A stretch of 64,000 nt of DNA from Podarcis gaigeae (Eukaryota). Of the stretch, positions 22,440 through 34,700 are shown one piece after another. The notes under the pieces are model-generated. The model was not told the DNA's origin and made no database searches. It saw only the letters and a list, made by a program, of their open reading frames with translations. The number at the start of each line of letters is the position of its first letter. Positions within the stretch are counted from its first letter, which is position 1. The DNA lies in assembly GCA_964106915.2 (NCBI GenBank), contig OZ066920.1; one strand, given 5' to 3'. The position numbers were made by a program, and so were the translations under genes.

Positions 22440-23696
22440 ATATAACTCTTTGTGGGACTCTGTGCAAGCTTGGCTTAATGCTTTGCTCTGTTACCTTCCC
22501 GAGTGGTTGACCAATATGGTGTTTGCAAGGAAGGCATTTAAAGCCCTGGGAATTATGCCAAACTTTGCAAGCAGTTCTCCTGAACCTCGGAGAAGACAAA
22601 GTAAAATCACAGTTTTACCTTCAGGAGAGCAAAAAAAGAGTCAAGCAAGCTGATACAAGATGAAGTATTTCCTATACTTCCTGCTTTGGAGTGGTCAATA
22701 AATCTTAAAGGGGACATGCAAGAACCTAGGAATATAAGAAAGTTCCTTCAATAAATTTGGCCCTAGAATTGGCCTTGGCAAAGGACATAAACAAGGCCAA
22801 TTTGAGAAATAAATTGGGGCAAACCGACAAGCTTATACAGAGGTCGTCTTTTGAGCTCAGTAAAAGCCCACCCAGACAACAAGCCATTTCTAAATGCACA
22901 CAAACAGAGAGACACTCAACTCCAGGATCAGCTTCATATGGTTTGCTCAGAATTATTTCTCATCAAAAACTTCCTTACAGAAAGCAATGGGCTGCTTACA
23001 ACATTAGTGGAAAATTTTACAATTCAAGAGAGAGCTTTAGAGTCGAAAGATATTGAAAGGACATCTAGACAACTCCAGCCGGTAATCAATTACAGAAGCT
23101 TTACAAGTTGATACCAATGGATTCCACTCTGGACACAAATAAGCCTACATTCAAAACCCATAGGAAAAAAGGGAAAAGGAAGAAGACAGCAGCAAATGTT
23201 GCTAAACCACAGCAAAGGTAGAGATGGAAAATAAAACAGATGCCTCAGTTTAGGTTGCTGCTCTGACTCCAGGAGGGAAAGCACAAGGGAAACAGGATAC
23301 TATCCACAAAATTGAACTTGATCAAATAACTAATTACCCAGAGGCCCAATGTGACTTTCATCAGGAAAAAAGGTGGAATTTGGTGATGATTCCACAAAAA
23401 CCAGTTATCGCAAATTATCCTAAACCGACTCCCATCACAGAGATGTCCTAGTGATATTGATATTACAGAGTCTGTAATAAAATATTTGTTGAGGGATGAT
23501 ACTCCTGAAACTACCAAGATTGTTTCAGGGTACTTAGCCAAGACCTTTAAAGCTAAATCTAAAGTTGCCTGATTTATTCATATCTAGTCTTTTATATATT
23601 GTATATGTTTGGAGTATCAATGTATTTGGATGACTGTATGATTTTATGATTTTACTGTTTTAACTTATGCCAATAAAGACGATGACTACTACTACT
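22440..23696 (+). mobile_element. Decayed non-LTR retroelement (possibly RTE-X-like), apparently internally deleted
   Basis: A-rich + strand with broken ORF pieces (..PEPRRRQSKIT.., ..LQDQLHMVCSELFLIKNFL..); terminal piece ..YLLRDDTPETTKIVSGYLAKTFKAKSKVA*; T-rich 3' UTR; tatgccAATAAAg and a (gat/act)n tail. Family assignment is recall-based. Confidence 0.45.
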
Positions 23697-23709
23697 AGTA
23701 GTAGTAGTA

Positions 23710-23974
23710 ATGTATTGGCCTGAATATAAGCCTCACTTTTTTTTCCAAATTCCGACCGTGAAAAGTTAAAGTGTGGCTTAAATTCACCACCTTACAAAAA
23801 TTGGTTTTTACGGTATCGCTGCTGAAACAGACAGTGTAAAACGGAACGGGTGTGAGTGCATGCGAAATTTTAAGAGAGTGGCTTATATTCGGGTATTGTC
23901 TTTTCTCCCCTTTCCTCTTGAATTTTAAAGGTGTGGCTTATATTTGGGTGCAGCTTATATTCAGGCCAATACGA
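23710..23974. mobile_element. Tc1/mariner (pogo-like) MITE
   Basis: 20-bp perfect TIR GTATTGGCCTGAATATAAGC (23712-31) / GCTTATATTCAGGCCAATAC (23953-72); internal repeats of gtggcttatatt; TA flanks. Confidence 0.85.
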
Positions 23975-24962
23975 TAATAGAGAGGAGAAGGGGAAGCCTT
24001 GTTTTGCAAGCAGACATCATTATGCAGAGCTTCCACTTCCAAGGTTCATTTGGTTAATCCCGTCCTAAATATCTATTGTAGTAAATACTCATTCTTTTCT
24101 GATGGATATCTACCGGTAATTAACTGATGAAACTTCCAGGTTTACACTGGGTGCAATCCTGAGGAGGATACCACTTTTCAATGCACCCCATGTTAGCCCT
24201 GCCACTGATAAAACCTTGCATATAGAAAACCAGTACATTTAGGGGCAAATTCTAAGTAAGACTTAATCCTCTTACGCTAGTTTTCTATTTCAGGGAATTT
24301 TTATCACAGGAGAGATACAAAAGTGGTATCTTCCACCCCACCTGTAGTTTAACATTGTGGAACTGATTTTACCACTTGAGGATTCTCCCATCTTTATTTG
24401 GCGGTGAGTGAAAACAGGCATGAAGGAGACCATTGTCATCTTGTATTAATTAAAAATAGTAACCATTTTTTTTTAGTGATATTAGATAAACTGTATGTAG
24501 TCTAGTCACAATATATAAGCACACATGTTGTTGATCAAAATTTAGCTAATAACGCAGAGAGCTAGAGAGCATGATAACAGCTGAAGAAAGCAATAGGTAA
24601 GCCTACCAAGTTCCTGGCAATTCCTTTAAAATTTTGATAAGACCTTAGAAATGGTTCTACCATACATATACGTCGCATCCTGGAAGAGTGACCTCCTTTC
24701 CAGGAGGTACTCAATGAGATTGCTTTTTCCTTACTTCCTGATGATAAATCGGTTACAGTTATTGGTGGATAGAACCACCCAGCAAATTTCAGCTCACACT
24801 AGATGTCACTGTTCAGTTACACCACTATGTAGTGAAGTTTTGGATATTTCTCTTTCTCTTAATTTGAAAAGGAAAACCCAGAAATAACAATGTTATTACT
24901 GTATGTGTTCAAAGTCAACATAATACTATTAAAAAACCCTGAACAGTTCTGTGTCTTTTATT

Positions 24963-24964
<2 letters not shown>

Positions 24965-25006
<42 letters not shown>
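24965..25006 (+). repeat. (TTA)n microsatellite
   Basis: Seen directly. Confidence 0.95.
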
Positions 25007-25007
<1 letters not shown>

Positions 25008-26374
25008 TAGTCCTGACAGTGGCTGTACTATACTTCAAAAATAATCATGGGTAAGTTCTGTTGCTAAGTTACATATAGTGGTGCTTCTGACTGAATGTGG
25101 TAAAACAACATATAAAATAATTGTCAAAACAAAAGATACCTGAAAAGGTAAACCATTAGAGCCTGTTAGACATTTTGGAATGAATCCTTTGTGGTGGTTG
25201 TTGTTTTGTTTTGTTTTGCCATTGTAGAAAGATGATCAGTTTACTAAGCAACACTTAAAATAATTGACTAAAAGTCACTGTTTGAGGAACACTGTTGCTT
25301 ACAGTATATGATGGCGTTTGATGCCTGGGTGCTTGTAGAGAGGGAAGCTTATAGTTGCAACCAGTGCTTGAAGTGGAAGTTGGGGGAGCCGGAAATAGGA
25401 TGGTTTCATTTCAAATGAGGCCAGGTTCAATTATCTCTATTGAAAACAACTTGGATGATTTTAGATCTTCTTGAAAATAGATGGGATAACATCCTATTCC
25501 ACTTCAAATACTGGTTGTATTTCAGGCGTTTTGTTCAGAATAATTTTGTTAAGGCCTGTGAAAGAGACTTCTTTTTAAAACCATCCAGCGATTTATTTAT
25601 TTAATACCCAGTAAGAAGGTATTGCTAAATGCTCCTAAGAAATTGTGCAGGGGATCTGCCCTGTGTTTCACTTTGCCCAGAAGCATTTTGTCTAGCCTGC
25701 ATTAATATGTAAAATAATTCTGTTATGAGCCAGCCCTCACCATTAATGAAAAATGAGTGACCCACTTATAAACCAGCCATGCCATTTTCCTTTGCATTCT
25801 GCCTCTGGAGAAGCTTTAAATAAGATTTCTGGATATGTGCAAATCTGATAAAGCTGGCATATGCTCAAGCAAACAACAAGAAAAAAAAATTCTCTTTCAA
25901 TATGGGCTGAGAATGGTCCTTAAAATAAAACACACTTATTTACACTTAAATTCTTTCTTTGTTGCACTATAGCAGTGGAAACTAATATCTTGCCATTTTG
26001 TTTGTTTGTTCAAGGTGCAGTTTGATTTGTCTCCTCAGCCAGGATAAGTGTTTCATCTTCTCCAATTAGCACTACTAGTGTTTGCTTTGAAACTTAAATA
26101 GTATGCATATGTGATCTGCAGAGAAAATGAACAATCTTTCTTGTTTCCCGTGTAACAACAAAGACCCCCGCTTTCCAAAAACTCATGTGAAAGGGTTGAA
26201 CACATTTTTTAAAAGCATACAGTGGATGATGCAGAATTGCAAATGACATGTCTGCTGTTCTATTTCCAGAAGAGCCAAACTGAGTTTTTCTGAGCACCTT
26301 GACTCAAAAAGTATCTGTTTTGCCTGAGAAGGTAAGCTAGCACAGGGCTGGTCGAAGGACAAACAGACCCTGGT

Positions 26375-26496
26375 GGCATAGGGAAACTGTGGTTCTCCAG
26401 ATGTTGTTGGTTCCATCTCCTACCTGCCCATTGTCAGGGATAATGAGAGTTGTAGTCCTATAACATTTGGAGGGCTGTACATGTTCCCTGTCCCTG
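26375..26496. mobile_element. Degenerate hAT-type palindromic MITE
   Basis: gggaaactgtggttctccagatgttg ... gttgtagtcc..aacatttggagggc..gttccctgtccctg. Confidence 0.65.
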
Positions 26497-26950
26497 CTAT
26501 CTAGGTATGGGCAAAAGAAATGCCCCCACCTTCAGTTCAGCAGGCGTGAGACATATGGAAAATAATAACACCCTATCTCCACCTGCTTCCAATCTAACTA
26601 AAGTCTCCACAGCCTCCAAAGGCAAAGCATTGTACAGGAAAATCCCATACTCACCTACAAATTCCTCATTTCTTTTTCTTGCACCTCCCTGAACCACACC
26701 TCTTCGTCTGTAAAGTCTTCAGTGACAAAGTCTTTAACTGCCTGGAACCCTTCTCTGTCTTGGTCTTTCTCTTTCTCAGCATTCCTGAGCTGCATTCGAT
26801 TTCCTCTGCAGTCTCTAATTCTTCTGAGTCTCCCACTTCTCTTTCCTAAGCTCCTAAGTTGCTGACAGGTGAATCTTGCATCCTGGAAAAAAATCTCATA
26901 ATTAACGCTTTCCACTGCTTTCCACTGCTCCCTGAGTACCTTTATGAGGG

Positions 26951-27085
26951 CGTGTTTCCCAACCTTGTGCCTCCAGATGTTTTTGGCCTACAACTCCCAT
27001 CATCCCTGACCACTGGTCTTGCTAGCTAGGGATGATGGGAGTTGTAGGCCAAAAACATCTGGAGGCACAAGGTTGGGAAACACTG
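26951..27085. mobile_element. hAT-type MITE forming a perfect 56-bp inverted repeat
   Basis: 26952-27007 is the exact reverse complement of 27028-27083, with a 20-nt spacer. Confidence 0.92.
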
Positions 27086-27212
27086 ATCTAGACTATGGTT
27101 GGCAGTCTTCTGATTCTCACTGCTGGTGTTAAATGCAACTGCTGGAGCCTACTGCTAGTCTCTGCTGGTACAAGCAGCATCAGACTGGAGAGGTGAGGAG
27201 ATGGACCATTGG

Positions 27213-27242
27213 ATAGTAGTAGTTAGTAGTAGTAGCAGCAGC

Positions 27243-27285
<43 letters not shown>
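27213..27285 (+). repeat. Compound (TAG)n(CAG)n(TAA)n microsatellite
   Basis: Seen directly; the (TAA)n part abuts a short minus-strand L2 3' tip (cacccatctgacagggt). Confidence 0.9.
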
Positions 27286-27485
27286 TTCCACCCATCTGAC
27301 AGGGTCCACCAATATCAGCACTGCATCATCTGTGACAGGGAGAAATGTAAGAGGGAGGACTGTCCAGCTCCAAATCTCGTGATACCAGGAAATCCTGTCA
27401 TTGTGAGATTCCATGTTTCAAGTATTGGGATCTCAATACTTGGAACAGAGATTGGCCTTTGTGTCTGGAGTCCTAAGGGGAGGTA

Positions 27486-27606
27486 CCAGCACACCCACTG
27501 CCTCACCTGCAGACTTAAAGGAGAAGTAGAGCTGTGTGTCATCAGCATATTGCTGACAACATACTCCAAACATCCAGATAAACCCAGTCAATGGTTTCAT
27601 TTAGAT
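27486..27606 (-). mobile_element. L2 reverse-transcriptase fragment (YADD motif)
   Basis: Minus strand reads ..MKPL..I..FGVCCQQYADDTQLYFSFKSAGEAVGVL. Confidence 0.85.
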
Positions 27607-27698
27607 CAGTGATAGCCAAACTTGGTCCTCCAGCTGTTTTGGGACTACAACTCTCATCATCCCTAGCTAACAGGACCAGTGGTCAGGGATGATGGGAA
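27607..27698. mobile_element. Truncated hAT-type palindromic MITE
   Basis: cagtgatagccaaacttgg..tccagctgttttgggactacaactctcatcatccctagctaacaggaccagtggtcagggatgatggga; same core as 26951 and 40271. Confidence 0.75.
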
Positions 27699-29011
27699 GG
27701 ATACCATTGTCGAGGAGACTTCTGAGAGGTCATGAAAAATTAGCAGGGGCGCATTTCCCCGCTTCTTTCCTCACAGAGATCATACAGGGCGAACAAAGCA
27801 GTTTCTTTGCCAAAACTGGGCCTAAACCCCAATTGAAATGAATCTAGTATATGTGCCCCCCAATCACTGTACCGCAGTAGCCACATTAGAAATTACTACA
27901 TTTTATGTGACCCAAGTAGTTGAAGCATCAGGAGGGAGGTGAGGTGAGGAAGAAGGGTGTGAAAAATTGCATGCCTTTGTGCCGTGGTACAAAGCTTCAC
28001 CCACATTTGATCTCACCACAAAAGCGGTGGTGTGTAGCCACACACATAGCCTGATAGCTCTTTTTTTGCACCCCTATCCCCTGTGCCTGCATCCCTGGTG
28101 GGGGCCAGTATCACCAACAACTAGGTACGCCTCTGCTCATGGTGACCACACATCTAGAGTGCTGTCAGTGAAGTGGAGCTTCTACTGTGCTTCTTTTGCA
28201 ATGCCAGTAAAGGATTGTTCCATAACACTATAGTTTTATGATTGGTAATTCTGAATAATATGTCACTTGAAATGGTAAAACCACAGAGGTACTTTCTTTG
28301 GCATATGTTGATATCTGAGACTCTTTCTGAAGCTTGTCGTATTATATTTATAATTTGGTTGCTAAACTCTAAACCTGTTAGAAATCATGCATTTCATATA
28401 CAAAATACTTAAAACTTGAATAGTTTCCAAATAATGTGAATAGAACCCCTCCTTAAACATGCTTCAGTGAAGTTACTACTGTGTTCCTTTCTAGTTATTA
28501 TGGAAAGGATAAAGGAAATCTGAAAGCTCTACATCTTTTTTAAAAAGCAGACAATAAAACACAATTTAATGTTGCAAAGGGCACTTTTAGATGTAGTTGC
28601 AATGTGATTTTAAAAGAATTATGCCAGTGGGTAAGTGAATCACTAATCAGACACTGTAGGGAATTGTTCATAACTGCAATCACCTGGACATCTTTGACTT
28701 ATGTTACTAAATATAATGACGATAATAGTTCTGAAGGCATTATATATTTCAGAATTATACACACCCTTTAGCAGCATGAAGGCTACAGCATTATTTCGCC
28801 CCCTGTTTATGTATTATCCTTCCAGATGGTCTAGACATAGAAACTGTAGAGATGACCATATTCTACTTTAAAAATTGTACATTAACAAAAAGAGAAATGG
28901 AGAGGCAGAAACTATTTATAATATATAGAAATTCTAGAGTGTTCTGTACACAATGTGAATAATGCATGCACAGTATCTGGAACCATCACCAATATCCTAG
29001 CTGTTGCCATT

Positions 29012-29192
29012 AGAAACATAGGAGCATAGAAAGCTGCCACTGGTCCATTTAGCTTAGTGTTGCCTACAGTGATTGGCAGCATTCTCCAGGATTTCAGGCA
29101 GGGTTCTTTTCCCAGACCTACTTGGAGATGTTGGGAATTGAATTGGAATTGTTTGCTTGCAAAGCAGATATTCTACCAGGGAACTGTGGCCC
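29012..29192 (-). mobile_element. tRNA-derived SINE (Squam3-like)
   Basis: Reverse complement of the 8763 family: ataggaagctgcc-like tail, ctccaggatttcaggca, tgcttgcaaagcagat..tctacc head. Confidence 0.7.
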
Positions 29193-29777
29193 ATTGCTAC
29201 TGACATTAACACTTACACCGGATAGCAGTCATTACTCAACTGTGTCCCAGCAGTAATATTGAATCTCATCTCATAACAACAAAGGCTAATTAATGCATGT
29301 ATTTAACTACTGATACTTGAATAGGAACTCTTCCCCTCGCTCCAATTTTCAGAGGCATAGCCACTTTGGTCTATTGCAGCTGGGAATCATTACGGGCTCA
29401 CAAGCTCCCACTTGTCCATCGCCTAACCACCTTGTTTCATGCACCGACTTTGGCACTGTTCTTTTCTATCTACAGTTGCCTGTTATGCCAAAGCAGAGAA
29501 CTGTAATTTAATTACAGTTTTCAGTTGGACCCTGATTTAGTAAACCACGGTTCTCTGTTTTGCATTTAACAGGGAACTGTAGCTGAAACAGACCAAATTT
29601 TGAAGCGCCAAAGTCCACACACAAAATGTGGAGGCAGGAGAAGAGTTTGTTCCTGGCTTAAACTATGGTACATTAGGGAAGGAATTTTATGTTATGTAGT
29701 GGGCCAATATCCTTTGTAATACAGGCAGGGGATTTCAGGAAGTGTTGGCCTCAACACTCAGTGTCATGTATCTAAGA

Positions 29778-30054
29778 TAGGGGTCGGCAGAGTTTTTGTG
29801 GCTTGGGCTGGTTCACGGGCCGGAGTGCGCGCGCATGCATACGCAAACGCTATTTCCGGCACTCCTCCCAGCACAGAGGAGGCGTGTGCAGCTTCCCATT
29901 GGCTACAGGAGCTTCCTGCAGCCAATGGGAAGCCAGCCAGCATCGTGGAAGGCGGTCCGTGCTCTACTCCGTGCCAGTTTAGCGCAGCACACGGAAGCCG
30001 ATCGAGCAGGCTGCGCGGTTCCATGGGCCGGTTAACTTAGGTTGCCGACCCCTG
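29778..30054. mobile_element. Non-autonomous hAT element, CpG-rich
   Basis: TIR (T/C)AGGGGTCGGCA ... TGCCGACCCCTG; 8-bp TSD ATCTAAGA (29770-77) / ATCTAAGT (30055-62); internal hairpin at 29891-29933. Confidence 0.88.
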
Positions 30055-31665
30055 ATCTAAGTACTGGGTGTTCGCAGTCATCTTTAACTCTATTCAATTG
30101 CACAGCAACTGCAACAGCCAAAGTGTTGTTATGTGCATGTCCACTTTTCTGGAGATTCCACAAGATATGTTGGAATCCTTTCAGTGTAAAGGTCTTCAAA
30201 ACTACTCCTGCATGTGATCTGTGTTTATATAAGCACTCTTAGTTTAATATAACTATTTTGCTAAGGAAAATGCTTCTTTTTTCACTTGGCTGCATAAGCC
30301 TGTATCCTGAAAGGCTACATTAGGACATGAATAAGTCCCCTGGGAGATAGGAAGTAGGATTCTTGGTAACATAGATGTATCTAGATCACTTTGTGTTGTG
30401 CTCTCTTGGGAGATCACTGTTTGAAGTATTCCTGTGGTAGCAAACTAGGAATGTTGTTTTGGCTCTGAGCTCTGCACAGACCTATTGGCCCTGGGTTCCA
30501 AACTTAACCCTGTCCTGAGAGTGTGGTCTGGATATTGCAAACATGATTTAAACTCTAAATTAAGCATATACAAGTGTGAGTTTTGCATTGCGGCATCAGA
30601 CTTGGATTTCATCTGAACTTGGCTAGTCAGTACTTAAACTCTGATTGTTAGCATTATTTTCACTGCTTTCAGTAGTTTTTTTGGTTAACCTCTGAGTAAA
30701 GAAATCAGAGCAAGTTAAGGATTCATACAGCAAACTTGTAAACAAGCTCTCTGATTCCCATTGAGTCTCCTTGAATTTGTTCATTGTTTTGCATGATGCA
30801 TCCAGCATCACGCAAGGGTGTGCATAACCCTCTTCAAACAGTACACATGGTCTACCAACTCCGTTTGATGAGAATTTTCACATTTTCCCAGTCCTGCAAA
30901 TAAATCAGTTTTATTTTTAGTCTTGCTTTTGAAGTATTTTACGAATCTATTTGCTCCAGGCTTCCTTTATTCTTGATGCAATTTTATCCATTGGCTCTGC
31001 TTGCTATGCTACCTACATTTTAAGTATATTGTTTCCAGCCTAATGCATTCAGCAGTCTAAGTTTTTCTTTTTAACAGCAGGCACTGGGACTTCCATTCAT
31101 GCACAGCATTATATGACAAACTGTGTAAGACATGAATGTTTTGAGTTGCGTGGCCTGTGCGTTCGTATTGAGTGCAAGGTAGGTACTTGTCATTCTGTTT
31201 ATCTCAGTGTGTTTCCATCCCTTCCCACTGTTTCTGAGCTCCCTACTGTTTTGTTCAGTGGTCTATACTAGCAATACAGTAAAATTGACTGAAATCCACA
31301 TCTCCCAGTGTTTTCTGCTGGCACTTCAGAGATGGAGGACTATTCACTGTCATTTGTATTATGCAGCAATGAAGCTAGAATTGCAAAGAAGGGTAGCATA
31401 GCACCAGGCACTGAAGACGCCTTCGAATTGGGGTGGAGGTGGGATGGAAGGAGTGAATGCATAGCATACATGAATTTAAAAAATAGAGAGTACTGAACTG
31501 AGGTAGTAAGTTCAGAAAAGCATTTGTGTAAGGTAAAACTCCAGAAATTGTATCATGCTAAAAAAAGTTGCTTACAAAAACCTTGTTGCTATGACAAGAA
31601 ATAAAAGATGACTGCGATGAATGGATGCAATCTCATAAAGCATTTCAAGGATACACAACAACCCT

Positions 31666-31744
31666 CTGCAAATGTACTTGAAGTAAAACCCCAGTGTTGT
31701 GAAATGAAACGTATTTCATTCTAAGTGTGCATAGGATTGCAGCC
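31666..31744 (+). mobile_element. Short palindromic MITE-like repeat (degenerate)
   Basis: tacttgaagtaaa..taagtgtgcataggattgcagcc; another degenerate copy at ~32418-32505. Confidence 0.5.
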
Positions 31745-34700
31745 TTAAGATGTCCTTGTGACTTTTTGCTGTCATTTCACCAGCTTGTTCTCAGGAACAA
31801 CAGCTCTGTGCAACTGCTAGGGAGACTGATTTTTGGTGATAGGAAGGAAAACATGAAGGAACCTGAGAAGTAATGCACATAACATGCTGAACTTGACAGA
31901 GCTTGTAAGGAGACTGTCTCTTTGCTATCAGGGGGGAAATATCACGGACACCCACTGAAGAGTCATCTCCTGTTTTGCTCACTTCTTTGATGATAGCTCT
32001 TTGCCTCATGATACAGGGCCCTCCTTCGGGTCTGCACTAGTTCTGCAAGCTTTCATTTTGAGTCCTTCATTCAGAAAAGGGTTTCCTTTTTAAATGCAGA
32101 ATCTTTTATCAGGAAACACGTTGGTTTGTACTTAGTGTTTTAGACAGGAGCAACGTGTTGTTTATTTTCCTGCAGTCTTCCTTGACATTCCAGCCCGTGA
32201 TATAATTTGTTTGTGTGTGTGTGCATCTTTCTCTCACACATAGAATGCAAATTAGCTTAATAGCTTGGGTTTGAGAGTTAGGCCTGATGTAAAAATTGTA
32301 TCTGACTAGCCAAATCAGTCCTTCACGCAGCAGTGCACTTTACTTCTTTTCTAAGTATTCTTTCAGTTTTCATTGATTTCAGTGGGTGAGATGAAAGCAC
32401 ATGGAACTCAATGGAGCTTACAATGTAATCTTATAGTGTTTACTTAGAAGTAAAGATCCCATTGATGGGACTTACACATTTACATGGAAGTGTAGAATTA
32501 TAACCTTAGCTGTACTCAACCTCTTGCTGGAATCTACTTCTGGTATTTTCCTACTAATCTGGATTATTGCTTCACATGTATCATAAATAAGTACATGTGC
32601 ATAAATCATGAGATAAATTGACACCTATTTTTTGTGCTTTGTATTTACTTTAAATCACTTTTATATAAACAACTGTCTTGGTGTAAGTTTCCCTTTGCTT
32701 CGTGTGGAATACTGTAGCTAGAATTCAAATGGCTGCTTTTAGGTAAACCATTTGGATTTTGTGCATATTTATATTTATTGTCTTTTTTTGGAGAACATAT
32801 CACAAAATTACTTGTAAGATTTCAGGGACATTTCAAAAGCAGTTTGTCTTGGATGCAGATAAATAATTGTGCAATTATTTTAATCCTGATATTCCAAATT
32901 TGTGATGAGCTAGATCCTACATAATTCTTCAATTTGTCTTCCCTTTATTTCTGTGCACCATTTAAACAGCAGCTTGACCCTGTAAATTTAGCTGCTTCAC
33001 TGCCAAAAGTGGTTTCTGCCATGGCAGCAGATGCAAACCATCTATATTCATTTGCACTAAATTTGATGTTACTGCATAAAATACAGGTGCAAAGTAGCAT
33101 GATCATTAGGTTCCAGGATTGTCCAGGGGCGTTTCGGCAACTTCATTAAAAGTTGCTCTAGCATCATTTGCGGTCATACTGGAGCTTTTAACAATTTTGC
33201 CTGATCCTCTAAGCTGCTAATTCATTGCACTAGTTCGCAGGATTGGATCCTTAGCATTAACTTCTATAAATATATGTGGATACTTGTTTACAATCATTAC
33301 AAATATGTGGTTTTGATTGGTGTTATGTTACTTGATAAAGTTCCTACGTTGGAAGAGCAATGCAGATAATTTGTTTTGAGACTCCCTTTTGCATAAGGCA
33401 AAAGAGCAGCTGTTGCATGTAGATCTGTGTTAGAGAGGGATGTTCAACATGAAGAATAAATTGGGTGGAAAGGATCAATACAAAAAATGTAATTCCAGAA
33501 CTGCACTTTGCGGTAAATGCATAATCATGCATAGCATCTGTTAGATGAAAATATTAAGGTTGTTACATTGAAATAGCTATCTCTCTGAAGGTGCAATTAT
33601 TTGGAAAACATTTATATGTTTAAAAGCCCTGAGTTGAGCAAAAGCATTCCTCTGTCAGAATGATGGGGAAATTGTACATGTAGGAATTATTTCAGTGAAA
33701 ATTTCGAAACACATTTTCTGACATTAGTTTATTTTGAGTGCTGTGCTAACATATTGTCATGCAAGTCTAGTTCTTTTTGGAGATGCAGCTGTCATGAAGG
33801 GGTGCCTGGAATGTGTTTGAGAAATGACTATGCTAGGGTGATTTAGAGCTGAATCTAATGTGCAACCATGTACAAACCCAGAACTAGCAGCTTTTGTGTC
33901 ACAGGAAGGCTTCAGCTTTAGCTTCCCGAACCTCTTAAAAAGCATATTCCAGGCACAAAACAGTGGCACCTCCAGTCTGAAGAGTGAACAGGTGACTGAG
34001 ACCATTATTGGGGAGTGCCACAGTGTCTGGGCTTATGGGGGGTGGGAGTTCAGCATCATAGAGGCCGAAATCTTCCCTCCTGCATCCTCGAATAATACAG
34101 AAAGATGATTCAGGAATTTATTCTGATAAGCAGGGGCTGAGCCAGGTTAGCTCCACCTGCCCTTTGCTTACCCCATTTTCTCTTCAAGGCTCTGAGCTGT
34201 GGCTTCTCCAGAGGTACTTTGCAATATATGTTGCCGCCTGTCTGGTTGCTTTCTCTGTGGCTTCCCTGGCCAAGATGCAGCTGCAGCAGCCTCTGCCCAC
34301 CCAGTCTCCAGCTTTGTCCTTGGGTCCAGCTGGCTCCAACACTGGTGCAAAAAAGAAAGGGAAAGGAAAAAGGGAGAATGGGCTCTGATGCTACTTGATG
34401 CAAATGCAGAGGTTCAGCACAGATGGGCAGGGAGTGAACAGAATGTTTTGCTTTACTTTGTCAAATTGGTTTTTGAGTTGGTCAGCTTTCAAGTAGGGTG
34501 CTTTTGAATTTAAGAACTTTCAAGTTTTTCAAGGTCGGGAACAGGAAGGTTTTTGTTTTACTCCAAAATGTGTTAAGCGTCAGTAAAGTTTTGCATCTGT
34601 GAGCACTGAAGACTGTTCCCCTTTTTGTTTTGCTCATTTCAGGCACTTCCCCTCCTCTTTTGGTGCTTCTGTCTCACTCATGAAACCACCTCAGCTTCTT

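Noticed and set aside
34164-34388. Acceptor-like site (ttttctcttcaag) followed by an ORF with a hydrophobic stretch and basic tail, as a possible terminal coding exon
   Set aside because: No recognisable homology, no upstream coding exons and no nearby polyA signal; compatible with chance
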